The notes beneath the pieces are model-generated. The model saw nothing but the letters and a program-made list of their open reading frames with translations. It was not told where the DNA came from and searched no databases. A program made the position numbers and the translations under genes. Of a stretch of 26,513 nucleotides of DNA, positions 1 to 8,805 are shown in pieces (position 1 is the stretch's first letter; every line of letters starts with the position of its first letter). Source of the DNA: Deltaproteobacteria bacterium (GTDB lineage Bacteria > SAR324 > NAC60-12); NCBI GenBank assembly GCA_038150265.1, contig JAYOTF010000015.1:1-26513 (forward strand). Reading direction: 5' to 3'.

Positions 1-86
1 TTGGAAGGCACCTGTTCCGGGGCAATCGCCTGAAACAAATGGCTGACAGAATGGGGTGAGCGGTTGGGGTGGGCTGCCGTTTTGGG

Positions 87-171
87 GTCATCCCAGCGCA
101 GGCTGGGATCCCGTCCTTGAGCCGATGGACTTCGATTCCTTGACTGGATTCTCGCCTTCGCGAGAATGACG
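87..171. repeat. Inverted doublet of CGTC-type REP palindromes
   Basis: GTCATCCCAGC-GCAG-GCTGGGATCC (87-111) and, on the minus strand, (C)GTCATTCTCGC-GAAG-GCGAGAATCC (146-171). Each has a perfect 8-bp stem and 4-nt loop. The spacer is 34 nt. Confidence 0.7.
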
Positions 172-186
172 GACCTTTCGATCCAT

Positions 187-234
187 TCGTGACTCCAGCG
201 AGGGAACGTATCCAGCGAGTCACGACTATTTTTT
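187..234 (+). repeat. 9-bp inverted repeat followed by T-run (REP-like or terminator-like hairpin)
   Basis: TCGTGACTC (187-195) / GAGTCACGA (217-225), then TTTTTT (229-234). Internal direct repeat TCCAGCGAG at 194-202 and 211-219. Confidence 0.4.
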
Positions 235-336
235 CAAGATGAGCGGGTTGCTTCCCTTCAGGCGATTGCCCTGCACCTGTTCCGGGGCAAGGGAGGCCCT
301 GGAAGCCTTCCCGGTTGCAGAGGCCCCGGGGCGGAT

Positions 337-981
337 TCAGTTGCTGAGGGGAATCGCCTGAATGAAGTCCTGGTAGTAGGGTTTGCGAAATTCCTGAAGC
401 AGACGAGCCAGTTCGGTCAGGGGGGCCGGGTGGTCATCAACACGCAGGTGGCACCACGGAAATGGCTGGTCCCGAATGGTTAGCAGGGCCGCCGACTGGC
501 GCCCCCGTCGATCGCCTCCAGCGGCGTCTCCCGCCTGGAGCGCGTGCAGCAGTCGTTCCTCCAGGTGGGTGCCCGACGTGGCTTCCAACGAGCGCACACA
601 CGCTTCAATCACGTCCGGACCCGCCAGGAGGTTCCCGGCCACACTGAAGTGATTCCCGTACGCGTGTCCGGCCCAGGGCTGGGTTCCGGAACCCGTCCAT
701 GCCCAGGAACGCCCTGCGGCATCAACCCCATGAAGCTGCCGGAGCGCGGCATCCGGGTCGGCATCGAGTACCACCTGCAGCGCCTCCGGAAGTGGGAGGC
801 CCCGGGCGAGTTGGTCAAGCCCCTGCAGGCCCAGGTGCGGATTGGTCGAGGCCTGAGTGGCCACAGCGCCCACGCCCTGAAGGAGGTGGGGAACCAGCGC
901 CCCCACCGCAAAGTGCCTGGTGGCCACGGCGATCCCGAAGTGCGGGTGGTCCGGATCTTTGAGAACGATGGAATACGTCAT
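337..981 (-). CDS. DUF1028 family protein (Ntn-hydrolase-like)
   Basis: Start reassigned to ATG at 981 (MTYSIV...GIAVAT...GVGAVATQA...RQ...TG...AGNLLAG...AGGDRRGRQSAAL...LRVDDHPAP..EL.RL), the typical DUF1028 pattern. The upstream ORF extension runs through the promoter region. Confidence 0.9.
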   Translation of the reverse strand: MTYSIVLKDPDHPHFGIAVATRHFAVGALVPHLLQGVGAVATQASTNPHLGLQGLDQLARGLPLPEALQVVLDADPDAALRQLHGVDAAGRSWAWTGSGTQPWAGHAYGNHFSVAGNLLAGPDVIEACVRSLEATSGTHLEERLLHALQAGDAAGGDRRGRQSAALLTIRDQPFPWCHLRVDDHPAPLTELARLLQEFRKPYYQDFIQAIPLSN

Positions 982-1008
982 GAGGCTCGATCGGAGGAGA
1001 GGATTTTT

Positions 1009-1058
1009 TAATTTATCATGATAAATTATTGACAGCCCGAAATTTATCATGATAAATT
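1009..1058. promoter_or_regulatory. Two identical palindromic operators AATTTATCATGATAAATT
   Basis: Copies at 1010-1027 (extends to a perfect 20-mer, 1009-1028) and 1041-1058, 31 bp apart, in the divergent intergenic region. Confidence 0.85.
1029..1058 (+). promoter_or_regulatory. Sigma70-type promoter of the ABC operon
   Basis: TTGACA (1029-1034), 18-bp spacer, TGnTAAATT extended -10 (1050-1058), overlapped by the second operator. Confidence 0.6.
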
Positions 1059-1112
1059 CGGGGCGATGCCGCAAGTTCGGCGACTCCTCGCTACTCTCTT
1101 TGGAGAAAGATC

Positions 1113-2678
1113 ATGCTGAAAAAAACGTTGAAACGGCTGGTGCTGGCAAGCGCGGCCCTTCTGAGCTTTGGGCCGCTGGCAAGTGCCGCGACGCCGAAAG
1201 ACGTCCTGGTGGTCGCCCAGATTGCCGAACCCAAGTCGATGGATCCGCACACCGTCACGGCTGTGAACGACTTCCGGATCCTGATGAACGTCTACGACGG
1301 GCTGGTACGCTACCGCAGCGGTACGCTCGAAGTGGAGCCCGGATTGGCGAAGTCCTGGGAGATCAGTGAAGACGGGCGCGTGTACACCTTCTCATTGCGC
1401 GAAGGCATTCAGTTTCACGACGGCACCCCGTTCAACGCCGAGGCGGTGAAGTTCAACTTCGACCGCATGCTGGTGGAAGGCCACCCGTTCGCCGAGACCG
1501 GTCCCTTCCCGCTGTCGTTCTTCTTCTCCGCCATCAAGGAGACCACCGTGGTCGATGAGTACACCGTGCAGTTCCGCATGGATGAGCCTTACGCGCCGCT
1601 GCTTTCCAACCTGGCCTACCCGACCGGACTCATTCTCTCGCCGGCAGCGGTGCGCAAGCATGGCAAAGATGTGGGCCGTAACCCGGCAGGAACCGGTCCG
1701 TACCAGTTCCGGGAGTGGAAGAGCAATCAGCATGTCATCCTCGACCGCAACGAGAACTACTGGGATGGACGCCCGGGCCTGAAGTCCGTGGTCTTCCGTC
1801 CGATCACCGATGCGAACACGCGGGTGGCCGAGATGCTTTCCGGAGGGGTGGACCTGATGGTGGAAGTCCCGCCGGACAACGTGGCAACCTTTTCCTCGAA
1901 CAGCAAGTACGCCCTCCACGAGCAGGCTGGACCGCACCTGTGGTTCCTGATCCTCAACCTCAAGGAAGGCCCACTGCAGGACAAGCGGGTGCGCCAGGCC
2001 CTCAACTACGCCATCAACAAGCAGGCCCTGGTGGAAAACGTCCTCCAGAACACCGCCACGGTTGCCAGCGGTCCGACCCCGGCAGCCTTCTCCTGGGCGT
2101 ACAATGATGCTCTGCAGCCCTATCCGTATGATCCGGAGAAGGCTCGGGCGCTCATCAAGGAAGCCGGCGCCGAGGGGGCCACGCTGACCTTCTACGTTAC
2201 CGAAGGGGGCTCCGGAATGCTGGATCCGGTTCCGATGGGAACCGCCATTCAGGCGGACCTCAAGGCCGTGGGCCTGAACGTGAAGATCGAGACCTACGAG
2301 TGGAACACCTTCCTCGGAAAGGTGAACCCGGGCCTCGAGGGCAAGGCGGACATGGCCGAGATGGCATGGATGACCAATGATCCAGACACCCTGCCGTTCC
2401 TGGCGCTCCGGACCGCAGCATGGCCGGAGCAAGGGGGCTTCAACTCCGGGTACTACTCCAACCCGAAGGTGGATGACCTGCTGGAGCAGGCGCGTGTCAG
2501 CACCAGCCAGACCGTCCGCGCAGCGCTGTACAAGGAGATGCAGAGCATTGTCCATGAAGACGCCCCCTGGGTGTTTGTGGCCAACTGGAAGCAAAATGCC
2601 GTGACTGGAAGCAACGTCGGAAACTTCCGACTGGAGCCTTCCTTCCTGCTGCTGCTTCATCAGGTCACCAAGAACTGA
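1113..2678 (+). CDS. ABC transporter substrate-binding protein, family 5 (DppA/OppA-like)
   Basis: Signal peptide (MLKKTLKRLVLASAALLSFGPLASA), LAKSWEISEDG..YTF.LREG..FHDGTPFNAEAV signature, GTGPY. RBS GGAGA upstream. Confidence 0.95.
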   Translation: MLKKTLKRLVLASAALLSFGPLASAATPKDVLVVAQIAEPKSMDPHTVTAVNDFRILMNVYDGLVRYRSGTLEVEPGLAKSWEISEDGRVYTFSLREGIQFHDGTPFNAEAVKFNFDRMLVEGHPFAETGPFPLSFFFSAIKETTVVDEYTVQFRMDEPYAPLLSNLAYPTGLILSPAAVRKHGKDVGRNPAGTGPYQFREWKSNQHVILDRNENYWDGRPGLKSVVFRPITDANTRVAEMLSGGVDLMVEVPPDNVATFSSNSKYALHEQAGPHLWFLILNLKEGPLQDKRVRQALNYAINKQALVENVLQNTATVASGPTPAAFSWAYNDALQPYPYDPEKARALIKEAGAEGATLTFYVTEGGSGMLDPVPMGTAIQADLKAVGLNVKIETYEWNTFLGKVNPGLEGKADMAEMAWMTNDPDTLPFLALRTAAWPEQGGFNSGYYSNPKVDDLLEQARVSTSQTVRAALYKEMQSIVHEDAPWVFVANWKQNAVTGSNVGNFRLEPSFLLLLHQVTKN

Positions 2679-2687
2679 TGACCAAAC

Positions 2688-2722
2688 GGGGGTGCCGCCT
2701 GGGCACTCCCTCTGACTTTTTT
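2688..2722 (+). terminator. Intercistronic stem-loop after the SBP gene (partial terminator or mRNA stabiliser)
   Basis: GGGGGTGCC-GCCTG-GGCACTCCC 9-bp stem (2688-2710), T-run at 2717-2722. Confidence 0.5.
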
Positions 2723-2736
2723 GGACTCTGGATCTC

Positions 2737-3684
2737 ATGTGGCGCTACACCCTGCATCGTCTGTTGCTGACGCTCCCGGTGCTCTTTGGCATTTCCGTGG
2801 TGGTCTTCCTGATCATGGCCCTGATTCCGGGAGATCCGGCCACCGCCATCCTCGGCGCCTTTGCGACTCCGGAGAATGCGGCCAAGCTGCGGAACGAGCT
2901 GGGGCTGGACCGCCCGCTCCTGGAGCAGTACTGGACGTGGGCCGGGAACCTGATTTCCGGTGATTTCGGGCGCAGCTACGCCCTCAACCGTCCGGTGCTG
3001 GATGAGCTGCTGGAGCGCCTTGGTCCGACCCTGCTGCTGGCTGGAGCGGCGCTGCTGCTCTGCGTGGTGCTGGGGGTGCTTTCCGGAGTCCTGGCAGCGG
3101 TCCGGCAGTACACGTGGGTGGATCAGTTCCTCACCCTCTTCACGCTGCTGGGCATTTCGGCGCCGTCCTTCTGGCTGGGGCTGATGGCCGTGTCGCTGTT
3201 TTCGGTGCAACTCGGCTGGCTTCCGGCGAGTGGCATGTTTACGCCTTATGGCGATGAAAGCTGGAGCGACCTGCTGCAGCACCTCCTCATGCCAGCCATC
3301 ACGTTGGGGCTGGTGGCTTCCAGTGTGATTGCGCGCCTCACCCGAACCAGCATGCTGGAGCAGATGCGGCAGGATTACGTCCGGACCGCCCGGGCCAAGG
3401 GGGAGCGCGAGTCAGCGGTGGTGCTGCGGCACGCCTTCCGGAATGCGCTGGTGGGCCTGGTGCCCGTGCTGGGGCTGCAGGCGGGGTTTGTGCTTGGAGG
3501 CGCCGTGTACATTGAAACCGTCTTCCAGTGGCCCGGCATCGGGCGCATGCTGGTCAATGCCATCTCCACGCGCGACATCCTGCTGGTGCAAGGGGGCGTG
3601 ATGATGGTGGCCACCCTGTATGTCCTCCTCAACCTGCTGGCCGACTTGCTCCAGCACGCCCTGGACCCCCGGATTCAGCACTGA
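2737..3684 (+). CDS. ABC peptide transporter permease (DppB/OppB-like)
   Basis: IPGDPA, LGLDRPL..QY..W, GDFGRS, DYVRTARAKG...HAFRNAL, ETVFQWPGIG motifs. Confidence 0.95.
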   Translation: MWRYTLHRLLLTLPVLFGISVVVFLIMALIPGDPATAILGAFATPENAAKLRNELGLDRPLLEQYWTWAGNLISGDFGRSYALNRPVLDELLERLGPTLLLAGAALLLCVVLGVLSGVLAAVRQYTWVDQFLTLFTLLGISAPSFWLGLMAVSLFSVQLGWLPASGMFTPYGDESWSDLLQHLLMPAITLGLVASSVIARLTRTSMLEQMRQDYVRTARAKGERESAVVLRHAFRNALVGLVPVLGLQAGFVLGGAVYIETVFQWPGIGRMLVNAISTRDILLVQGGVMMVATLYVLLNLLADLLQHALDPRIQH

Positions 3685-3685
3685 C

Positions 3686-5572
3686 ATGACCACTCCTGCA
3701 CAAGAATTCTGGCAACGGCTGAACCGCAACCGCCTGAGCACCATTGGGCTGGTGCTGCTCGTGTGCCTGGGCCTGCTCTGCCTGCTGACCCCCTGGCTTC
3801 CGCTGCCGGACCCGGATGCAACCAACCTGGCCAATCGCCTCAAGCCACCGCTGCATCCGGACCACTGGCTTGGCACCGACGAACTGGGACGCGACCTGCT
3901 CTCTCGGCTCCTCTGGGGCACCCGCGTCAGCTTGGCTGTGGGGGTGGTGGCCACCCTTGCCGCGGCCTTCATCGGGAGCACGATTGGCCTGCTCTCCGGC
4001 TACTTTCAGGGCTGGATCGACAGCACCCTGATGCGGGTGGTGGACACCCTGATGGCCTTCCCGTACATGCTGCTCGCGCTGGCCATTGTGGCTGCCTTTG
4101 GTCCCGGGCTCCTCAACGCGCTCCTGGCCATCGCCATTGTCAACGTCCCCTTCTTTGCCCGGACGGTCCGGGGCGCAACGATTTCCCTGGCCCGCCGAGA
4201 GTTTGTCCTGGCAGCCCGTTTGGGAGGCGCGTCTCATGCGGAAACCCTCTGGCGCGAGTTGCTTCCGAATGTCCTCCCGGTGGTGGTGGTGACGGTTTCA
4301 ACGACTGCGGGTTGGATGATTCTGGAAACCGCCGGCCTCAGCTTTCTGGGACTGGGCGCACAGCCTCCCACTGCCGACCTGGGGTCGATGCTGGGGGAAG
4401 GGCGCAAGCTGCTTTTCACGGCGCCGCATGTTTCCACCATTCCGGGACTGCTGATCCTGGTGCTGGTGATTTCCCTGAACCTGCTGGGAGACGGCATCCG
4501 CGATGTCCTGGATCCACGCCTGCGAGGTGGAGCCCTCCGGAGCCCTCAGCCGCAGACAGAGGTCCGTCGCCTGACTCAGCCTGATCCTGCCGCCGGGCCG
4601 CCGGGCAAGCTGGTGGTGCAGCAACTGAGCACCGAGCTGGTGCAGCACGGCGTGGGGCACCCGCTGGTCCGGAACCTCGACCTGGTGCTCCAGCCCGGCG
4701 AATGCCTGGGACTGGTGGGAGAGTCCGGATGCGGCAAATCCGTCACGGCGCTCTCGCTTTCAGCACTGGCCGCGTCACCTCCCCTGCGCATCACGTCCGG
4801 ATCGGTCGCGCTGGAAGGCACCGACCTGATTGGCCTTCCGCTTCCGCTTCTGCAGGACCTCCGGGGCCGGCGTGTTTCCTACATCTTTCAGGATCCGCTG
4901 GCAACGCTGAATCCGGTTCTGACCGTGGGCACGCAACTGCTGCAGGTCATTCAGCGGCACCAACGCCTGACGGCTTCCGCTGCACGAGAACACGCACTGG
5001 CCCTGTTGCAGCGGGTGCGGATTCCTCTTCCGGAGTCGCGTCTGGACGCCTTCCCGCATCAGCTTTCGGGCGGCATGCGGCAGCGGGTCTGCATTGCCAT
5101 GGCGCTGGCGAACCGTCCGGAGGTCCTCATTGCCGATGAACCCACCACGGCGCTGGATGTGACCATTCAGGCGGAGATCCTGGCGCTGCTGCAGGAGCTG
5201 CGGGCGGACTTCCACCTTTCGGTGATTTTCATCACCCACGACCTCGGTGTGGTCTCAACCCTCTGCGACCGTGTGGCGGTGATGTATGCAGGCGAAGTGG
5301 TGGAGTCAGGCCCCACCGCAGAAGTGCTGGAGCATCCGGAGCACCCGTACACGCAAGCGCTGCTGAAGTGCACCCCTCGGCTGGGCTCCGGAGAAAAATC
5401 ACACGGCGGCATTCCGGGCACGCCACCGGCTCCGGGAAGCATTCCCGCCTCTTGTGGCTTTGCCGAGCGCTGCCCGCACGCCGCGGCGCCGTGTCAGGTG
5501 CCGGTCGCCTTGCAGGCCACGGCATCCGGACGCCTGGTGCGCTGCACCCGGGCTGAGGAGGCACATGCCTGA
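3686..5572 (+). CDS. Fused ABC permease / ATP-binding protein (DppC-DppD fusion)
   Basis: Start at ATG 3686. N-half: HWLGTDELGRD..SRLLWG.R.SL, LSFLGLG..PP. C-half: Walker A GESGCGKS, LSGGMRQRV, IADEPTTALD, ITHD, Cys-rich C-terminal oligopeptide domain. Confidence 0.93.
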   Translation: MTTPAQEFWQRLNRNRLSTIGLVLLVCLGLLCLLTPWLPLPDPDATNLANRLKPPLHPDHWLGTDELGRDLLSRLLWGTRVSLAVGVVATLAAAFIGSTIGLLSGYFQGWIDSTLMRVVDTLMAFPYMLLALAIVAAFGPGLLNALLAIAIVNVPFFARTVRGATISLARREFVLAARLGGASHAETLWRELLPNVLPVVVVTVSTTAGWMILETAGLSFLGLGAQPPTADLGSMLGEGRKLLFTAPHVSTIPGLLILVLVISLNLLGDGIRDVLDPRLRGGALRSPQPQTEVRRLTQPDPAAGPPGKLVVQQLSTELVQHGVGHPLVRNLDLVLQPGECLGLVGESGCGKSVTALSLSALAASPPLRITSGSVALEGTDLIGLPLPLLQDLRGRRVSYIFQDPLATLNPVLTVGTQLLQVIQRHQRLTASAAREHALALLQRVRIPLPESRLDAFPHQLSGGMRQRVCIAMALANRPEVLIADEPTTALDVTIQAEILALLQELRADFHLSVIFITHDLGVVSTLCDRVAVMYAGEVVESGPTAEVLEHPEHPYTQALLKCTPRLGSGEKSHGGIPGTPPAPGSIPASCGFAERCPHAAAPCQVPVALQATASGRLVRCTRAEEAHA

Positions 5573-6542
5573 GCCGTTGTTGAAGCTGACCGATGTCACC
5601 CGGAGCTTTGTTCTGCGCCGTGCCCAGTGGGGCCGTCCGGAAGAGCGCCTGCAGGCTGTGGGAGGCGTGAGCCTTGAGCTTCCTGCTGGCGCTGCCCTGG
5701 GCGTGGTCGGAGAGTCCGGATGCGGCAAGTCGACCCTGGCCCGGATGATGGTTGGACTCGATGCCCCCACGAGTGGAACCCTGGCCTTCAAGCAGCGCTC
5801 CCTGAAGGAGTGGCTCAAGGATGACGCCCTGGCGTTCCGCCGTTCGGTGCAGATGGTGTTTCAGGACCCGGCCGGCTCGCTGAACCCACGGCAGCGCATT
5901 CAAGACATCCTGGACCTGCAGCTGCGCCGCCTGACTCCGTGGCCACCTGAGCAACGCCAGCAGCGCATCCGCGAAGTGCTGGACCAGGTGCAGCTTCCGG
6001 AGGCGGCGCTGGGGCGGTTTCCTCATGAATTTTCCGGGGGGCAGGCGCAGCGGATCAGCATTGCACGGGCGCTGGTGTCCATGCCCGAGCTGGTGGTGCT
6101 GGACGAGCCCGTGTCCGCCCTGGATGTGTCGGTGCAGGCACAGATCCTTCAGCTGCTGGACACGATGCGGCAGGAGCTGGGGGTGACGTACCTCTTCATC
6201 AGCCACGACCTGGCCGTGGTGGAGCAGCTGTGTCCGGAGACGGTGGTCATGTATGCCGGGCGGTTGGTGGAACGCGGGCCCACGGCGCAGCTGTTCCGGA
6301 ACCGCCGGCACCCGTACACCGACCTGCTGGTCCGGAGTGTCCCCGTTCCAGGCCAGATGCTGGCGATTGAACCCGGCAAGGCCTTTGAAATTGCTACAGG
6401 CGCCGGGTGCGCGTTTGCCCCGCGTTGTCCGCGTGCGACCGAACGCTGCGAGGAGTTTCCTCCTTTGCAGGCGGTGGACGCTTCTTCCGGGCACGCCTGT
6501 GCCTGTCACCACATGCTGGATGAACCCCGTGAAGTCCTCTGA
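5565..6542 (+). CDS. ABC peptide transporter ATP-binding protein (DppF/OppF-like)
   Basis: Start at ATG 5565 after GAGGAGG. GESGCGKST, FSGGQAQRI, LDEPVSALD, ISHD, HPYT, GC.F..RCP. Confidence 0.95.
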   Translation: MPEPLLKLTDVTRSFVLRRAQWGRPEERLQAVGGVSLELPAGAALGVVGESGCGKSTLARMMVGLDAPTSGTLAFKQRSLKEWLKDDALAFRRSVQMVFQDPAGSLNPRQRIQDILDLQLRRLTPWPPEQRQQRIREVLDQVQLPEAALGRFPHEFSGGQAQRISIARALVSMPELVVLDEPVSALDVSVQAQILQLLDTMRQELGVTYLFISHDLAVVEQLCPETVVMYAGRLVERGPTAQLFRNRRHPYTDLLVRSVPVPGQMLAIEPGKAFEIATGAGCAFAPRCPRATERCEEFPPLQAVDASSGHACACHHMLDEPREVL

Positions 6543-7575
6543 TTCTTTTCTCCTGGAAACGCTCCAGACGCTGATGCGCCTTCCCAGTCCGAGTGGACGG
6601 ACGGAGGAGGTGGTCGCCTGGACGGAGTCGCTCCTGAAGAGCTGGGGCCTGAGCCCCACCCGAACCCGCCGTGGCGCGATCAAAGTGGAACTGCCGGGAC
6701 GGGAGACGCACCGGGCCCGTGCCCTGACGGCGCACCTGGACACGCTCGGAGCCATGGTCCGGAACCTCAAGGACAACGGCCGCTGTTCGCTGGCGTCCGT
6801 GGGCACCTGGTCCAGCCGCTTTGCCGAGGGGGCTCGGGTGACGCTTCACACCGACACCCAGGACTACCGTGGCACCATCCTGCCGCTGCTGGCGTCCGGA
6901 CACGCCTACAATGAAAAAGTCGACCAGCAACCCGTCAACTGGGATCAGGTGGAGCTGCGCATTGATGAACACTGCCTCAACCGTTCCGATCTGGAGGCGC
7001 TCGGGGTGCAGCCCGGGGACTTTGTCTCTGTGGATACCGGGACCGAGATTTTGGACAACGGTTTCATTTTTTCCCGGCATCTGGATGACAAGGCAGGAGT
7101 GGCGGCGCTGCTGAACGCGTTGCGGCAACTGGTGGAAGCCGAAGCCGAGCTTCCCTGTACCACCCACCTCATCCTGACCGTCCGTGAAGAGCTGGGAGAC
7201 GGGGGCGCGGCGGTGCTGACTCCAGACGTCTGGGAACTGGTCACCATCGACAATGGCGTGCAGGCGGCCAGTCAGCACTCGCGCGAGTTTGGGGTCACGC
7301 TGGCAATGGGTGACAAGACCGGCCCGTTCGACCGGAACCTGGTCCGGCACCTGGCGCGCCTCTGCACCGAACACGACCTGCGGCACCAGCGGGACCTGTT
7401 CCGGCATTACCGTTCGGACCTGGCCGCCGCGGTGGAAGCCGGGTTTGACGTCCGGACCGCCCTGATTGCCATCGGACTCGACGGCAGCCACGGGCACGAG
7501 CGCACGCACCTGGATGCCATTCGGACGGCTTCCGAGCTGGCTCGCCTCTACCTCCTTTCCCCTCTCCTGGACTGA
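6520..7575 (+). CDS. M42 family metallopeptidase, NAGGN-system type
   Basis: Start ATG 6520 (or GTG 6529), overlapping the previous stop. SPSG, AHLDTLGAMV, WSSRFAEGARVT, GTILP..ASGH, RHLDDKAGVA, EE.G.G, GPFD, HYRSD..AA.EAG.D.RTAL, SHGHER match the subfamily usually annotated as osmoprotectant NAGGN system M42 peptidase. Confidence 0.85.
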   Translation: MNPVKSSDSFLLETLQTLMRLPSPSGRTEEVVAWTESLLKSWGLSPTRTRRGAIKVELPGRETHRARALTAHLDTLGAMVRNLKDNGRCSLASVGTWSSRFAEGARVTLHTDTQDYRGTILPLLASGHAYNEKVDQQPVNWDQVELRIDEHCLNRSDLEALGVQPGDFVSVDTGTEILDNGFIFSRHLDDKAGVAALLNALRQLVEAEAELPCTTHLILTVREELGDGGAAVLTPDVWELVTIDNGVQAASQHSREFGVTLAMGDKTGPFDRNLVRHLARLCTEHDLRHQRDLFRHYRSDLAAAVEAGFDVRTALIAIGLDGSHGHERTHLDAIRTASELARLYLLSPLLD

Positions 7576-7578
7576 CCT

Positions 7579-8799
7579 GTGACGTACCGCATCAACGGAA
7601 CCCGCCTCTGGGAAAGCCTGATGACTCTGGCCGAAATCGGAGGCACGCCGCAAGGAGGCGTCTCTCGTGTGGCCCTGAGTGACGAGGACCGGCAGGCCCG
7701 AGACCTGCTCCGGGAGTGGGCCGCTGACGCCATTGATGAGACGCACATTGATGAAGCTGGAAACCTCTTCCTCATCCGCTCTGGAACCAACCCGGAGGCA
7801 CCACTGCTGCTGACGGGGAGCCACCTGGACACGCAGCTCCATGGCGGACGCTTTGATGGCGCCTATGGCGTGATGGCTGGGCTGGAGGTCCTCCGGACGC
7901 TCGCCGAGCATCAGCTCCGGTTGCCCCTGGGGGTGGCGTTGGTGTGCTGGACCAATGAAGAGGAAGCCCGCTACTGCCCTGCCATGGGCTCAGCCGTGTT
8001 TGTCGGGAAGCAGACTCCGGAGGCCGCATGGGCCTGTGTCGGAAACGACGGCAGTGTGTTTGGTGAGCGTTTGCGTGAAATTGGCTATGCCGGCACGTTC
8101 CGGAAGCTGGAACTGCAGGCTTATTATGAGGCGCACATTGAGCAGGGCCCCGTGCTGGAGCAGGCCGGGCTGTCCATTGGGGTGGTTGAAGGCGCGCAGG
8201 GGCAGATGGCCTGTGATGTGGTCATCCATGGCGAAGCCGGGCACTCCGGAACCGTTCCGATGCCCCTCCGCCATGATGCCATGGCCTGTGCAACCGAGGC
8301 CATTCAAGCCTGCCACCAGGAGGTGCGGCAGGAAGGCCGGGGCGTGTTTACCGTGGGTGCCTTTTCCCTGCTGCCAAACTCGCGGACGACGATTCCGGGG
8401 GAGGTGTGCTTTGGCATCGACCTGCGGCATCCGGAGGCCACGGCCCTGCTGAACCTGTGGCAGCAGCTGGAGGCGCACCTGCAGGCCGTCACCGAAGCCC
8501 ACGGCTGCACCCTCCAGGTCACGCCGCTGTTTCACAAGGAGCCGGTGGTGTTTGATGACGCCTGCACGGAGGCGGTTCAGGCGGCCACCGAACACCTCGG
8601 GTACCCCTTCCGGAGGATGGCGTCTGGGGCCTTTCATGACGCCTGCCTGCTGGCGGGAGTGACGCCGACGGGGATGATCTTTGTTCCCAGTCAGCGGGGA
8701 ATCAGTCATAATCCTCAGGAATACACGGCTCCGGAAGAACTGGAACGCGGAGCCAATGTCCTGCTGCATGCCCTCCTGCGCCATGCTGATCTCCGTTAA
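7579..8799 (+). CDS. M20 family Zn amidohydrolase (N-carbamoyl-amino-acid / allantoate amidohydrolase-like)
   Basis: GSHLDT..GGRFDG.YGV, NEE, EAHIEQGP, G.AGH.GT, SGAFHDA, GISHNP.E. Confidence 0.9.
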   Translation: MTYRINGTRLWESLMTLAEIGGTPQGGVSRVALSDEDRQARDLLREWAADAIDETHIDEAGNLFLIRSGTNPEAPLLLTGSHLDTQLHGGRFDGAYGVMAGLEVLRTLAEHQLRLPLGVALVCWTNEEEARYCPAMGSAVFVGKQTPEAAWACVGNDGSVFGERLREIGYAGTFRKLELQAYYEAHIEQGPVLEQAGLSIGVVEGAQGQMACDVVIHGEAGHSGTVPMPLRHDAMACATEAIQACHQEVRQEGRGVFTVGAFSLLPNSRTTIPGEVCFGIDLRHPEATALLNLWQQLEAHLQAVTEAHGCTLQVTPLFHKEPVVFDDACTEAVQAATEHLGYPFRRMASGAFHDACLLAGVTPTGMIFVPSQRGISHNPQEYTAPEELERGANVLLHALLRHADLR

Positions 8800-8805
8800 G
8801 GTCCA

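Larger units (their letters stand above)
19..272. mobile_element. MITE-like non-autonomous element with terminal inverted repeats and apparent target-site duplication
   Basis: Perfect 15-bp inverted repeats GGGCAATCGCCTGAA (20-34) and TTCAGGCGATTGCCC (257-271). Flanked by direct repeat GCACCTGTTCC (8-18 and 273-283). No ORF of 60 aa or more inside. Confidence 0.5.

Noticed and set aside
1..336. CRISPR array
   Set aside because: Only two copies of the direct repeat, 265 bp apart, with no regular spacers and no cas genes.
348..362. GGGGAATCGCCTGAA, a 14/15 match to the MITE-like TIR
   Set aside because: It lies inside the DUF1028 coding frame (IQAIP) with no flanking duplication, so it is probably chance, although its proximity is curious.
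982..1074. N-terminal extensions in the ORF track (also 3620, 5454, 6253, 14525, 16778, 16897)
   Set aside because: They overlap promoters, the riboswitch or upstream genes. Downstream starts fit family N-termini, RBS positions or stop/start coupling.
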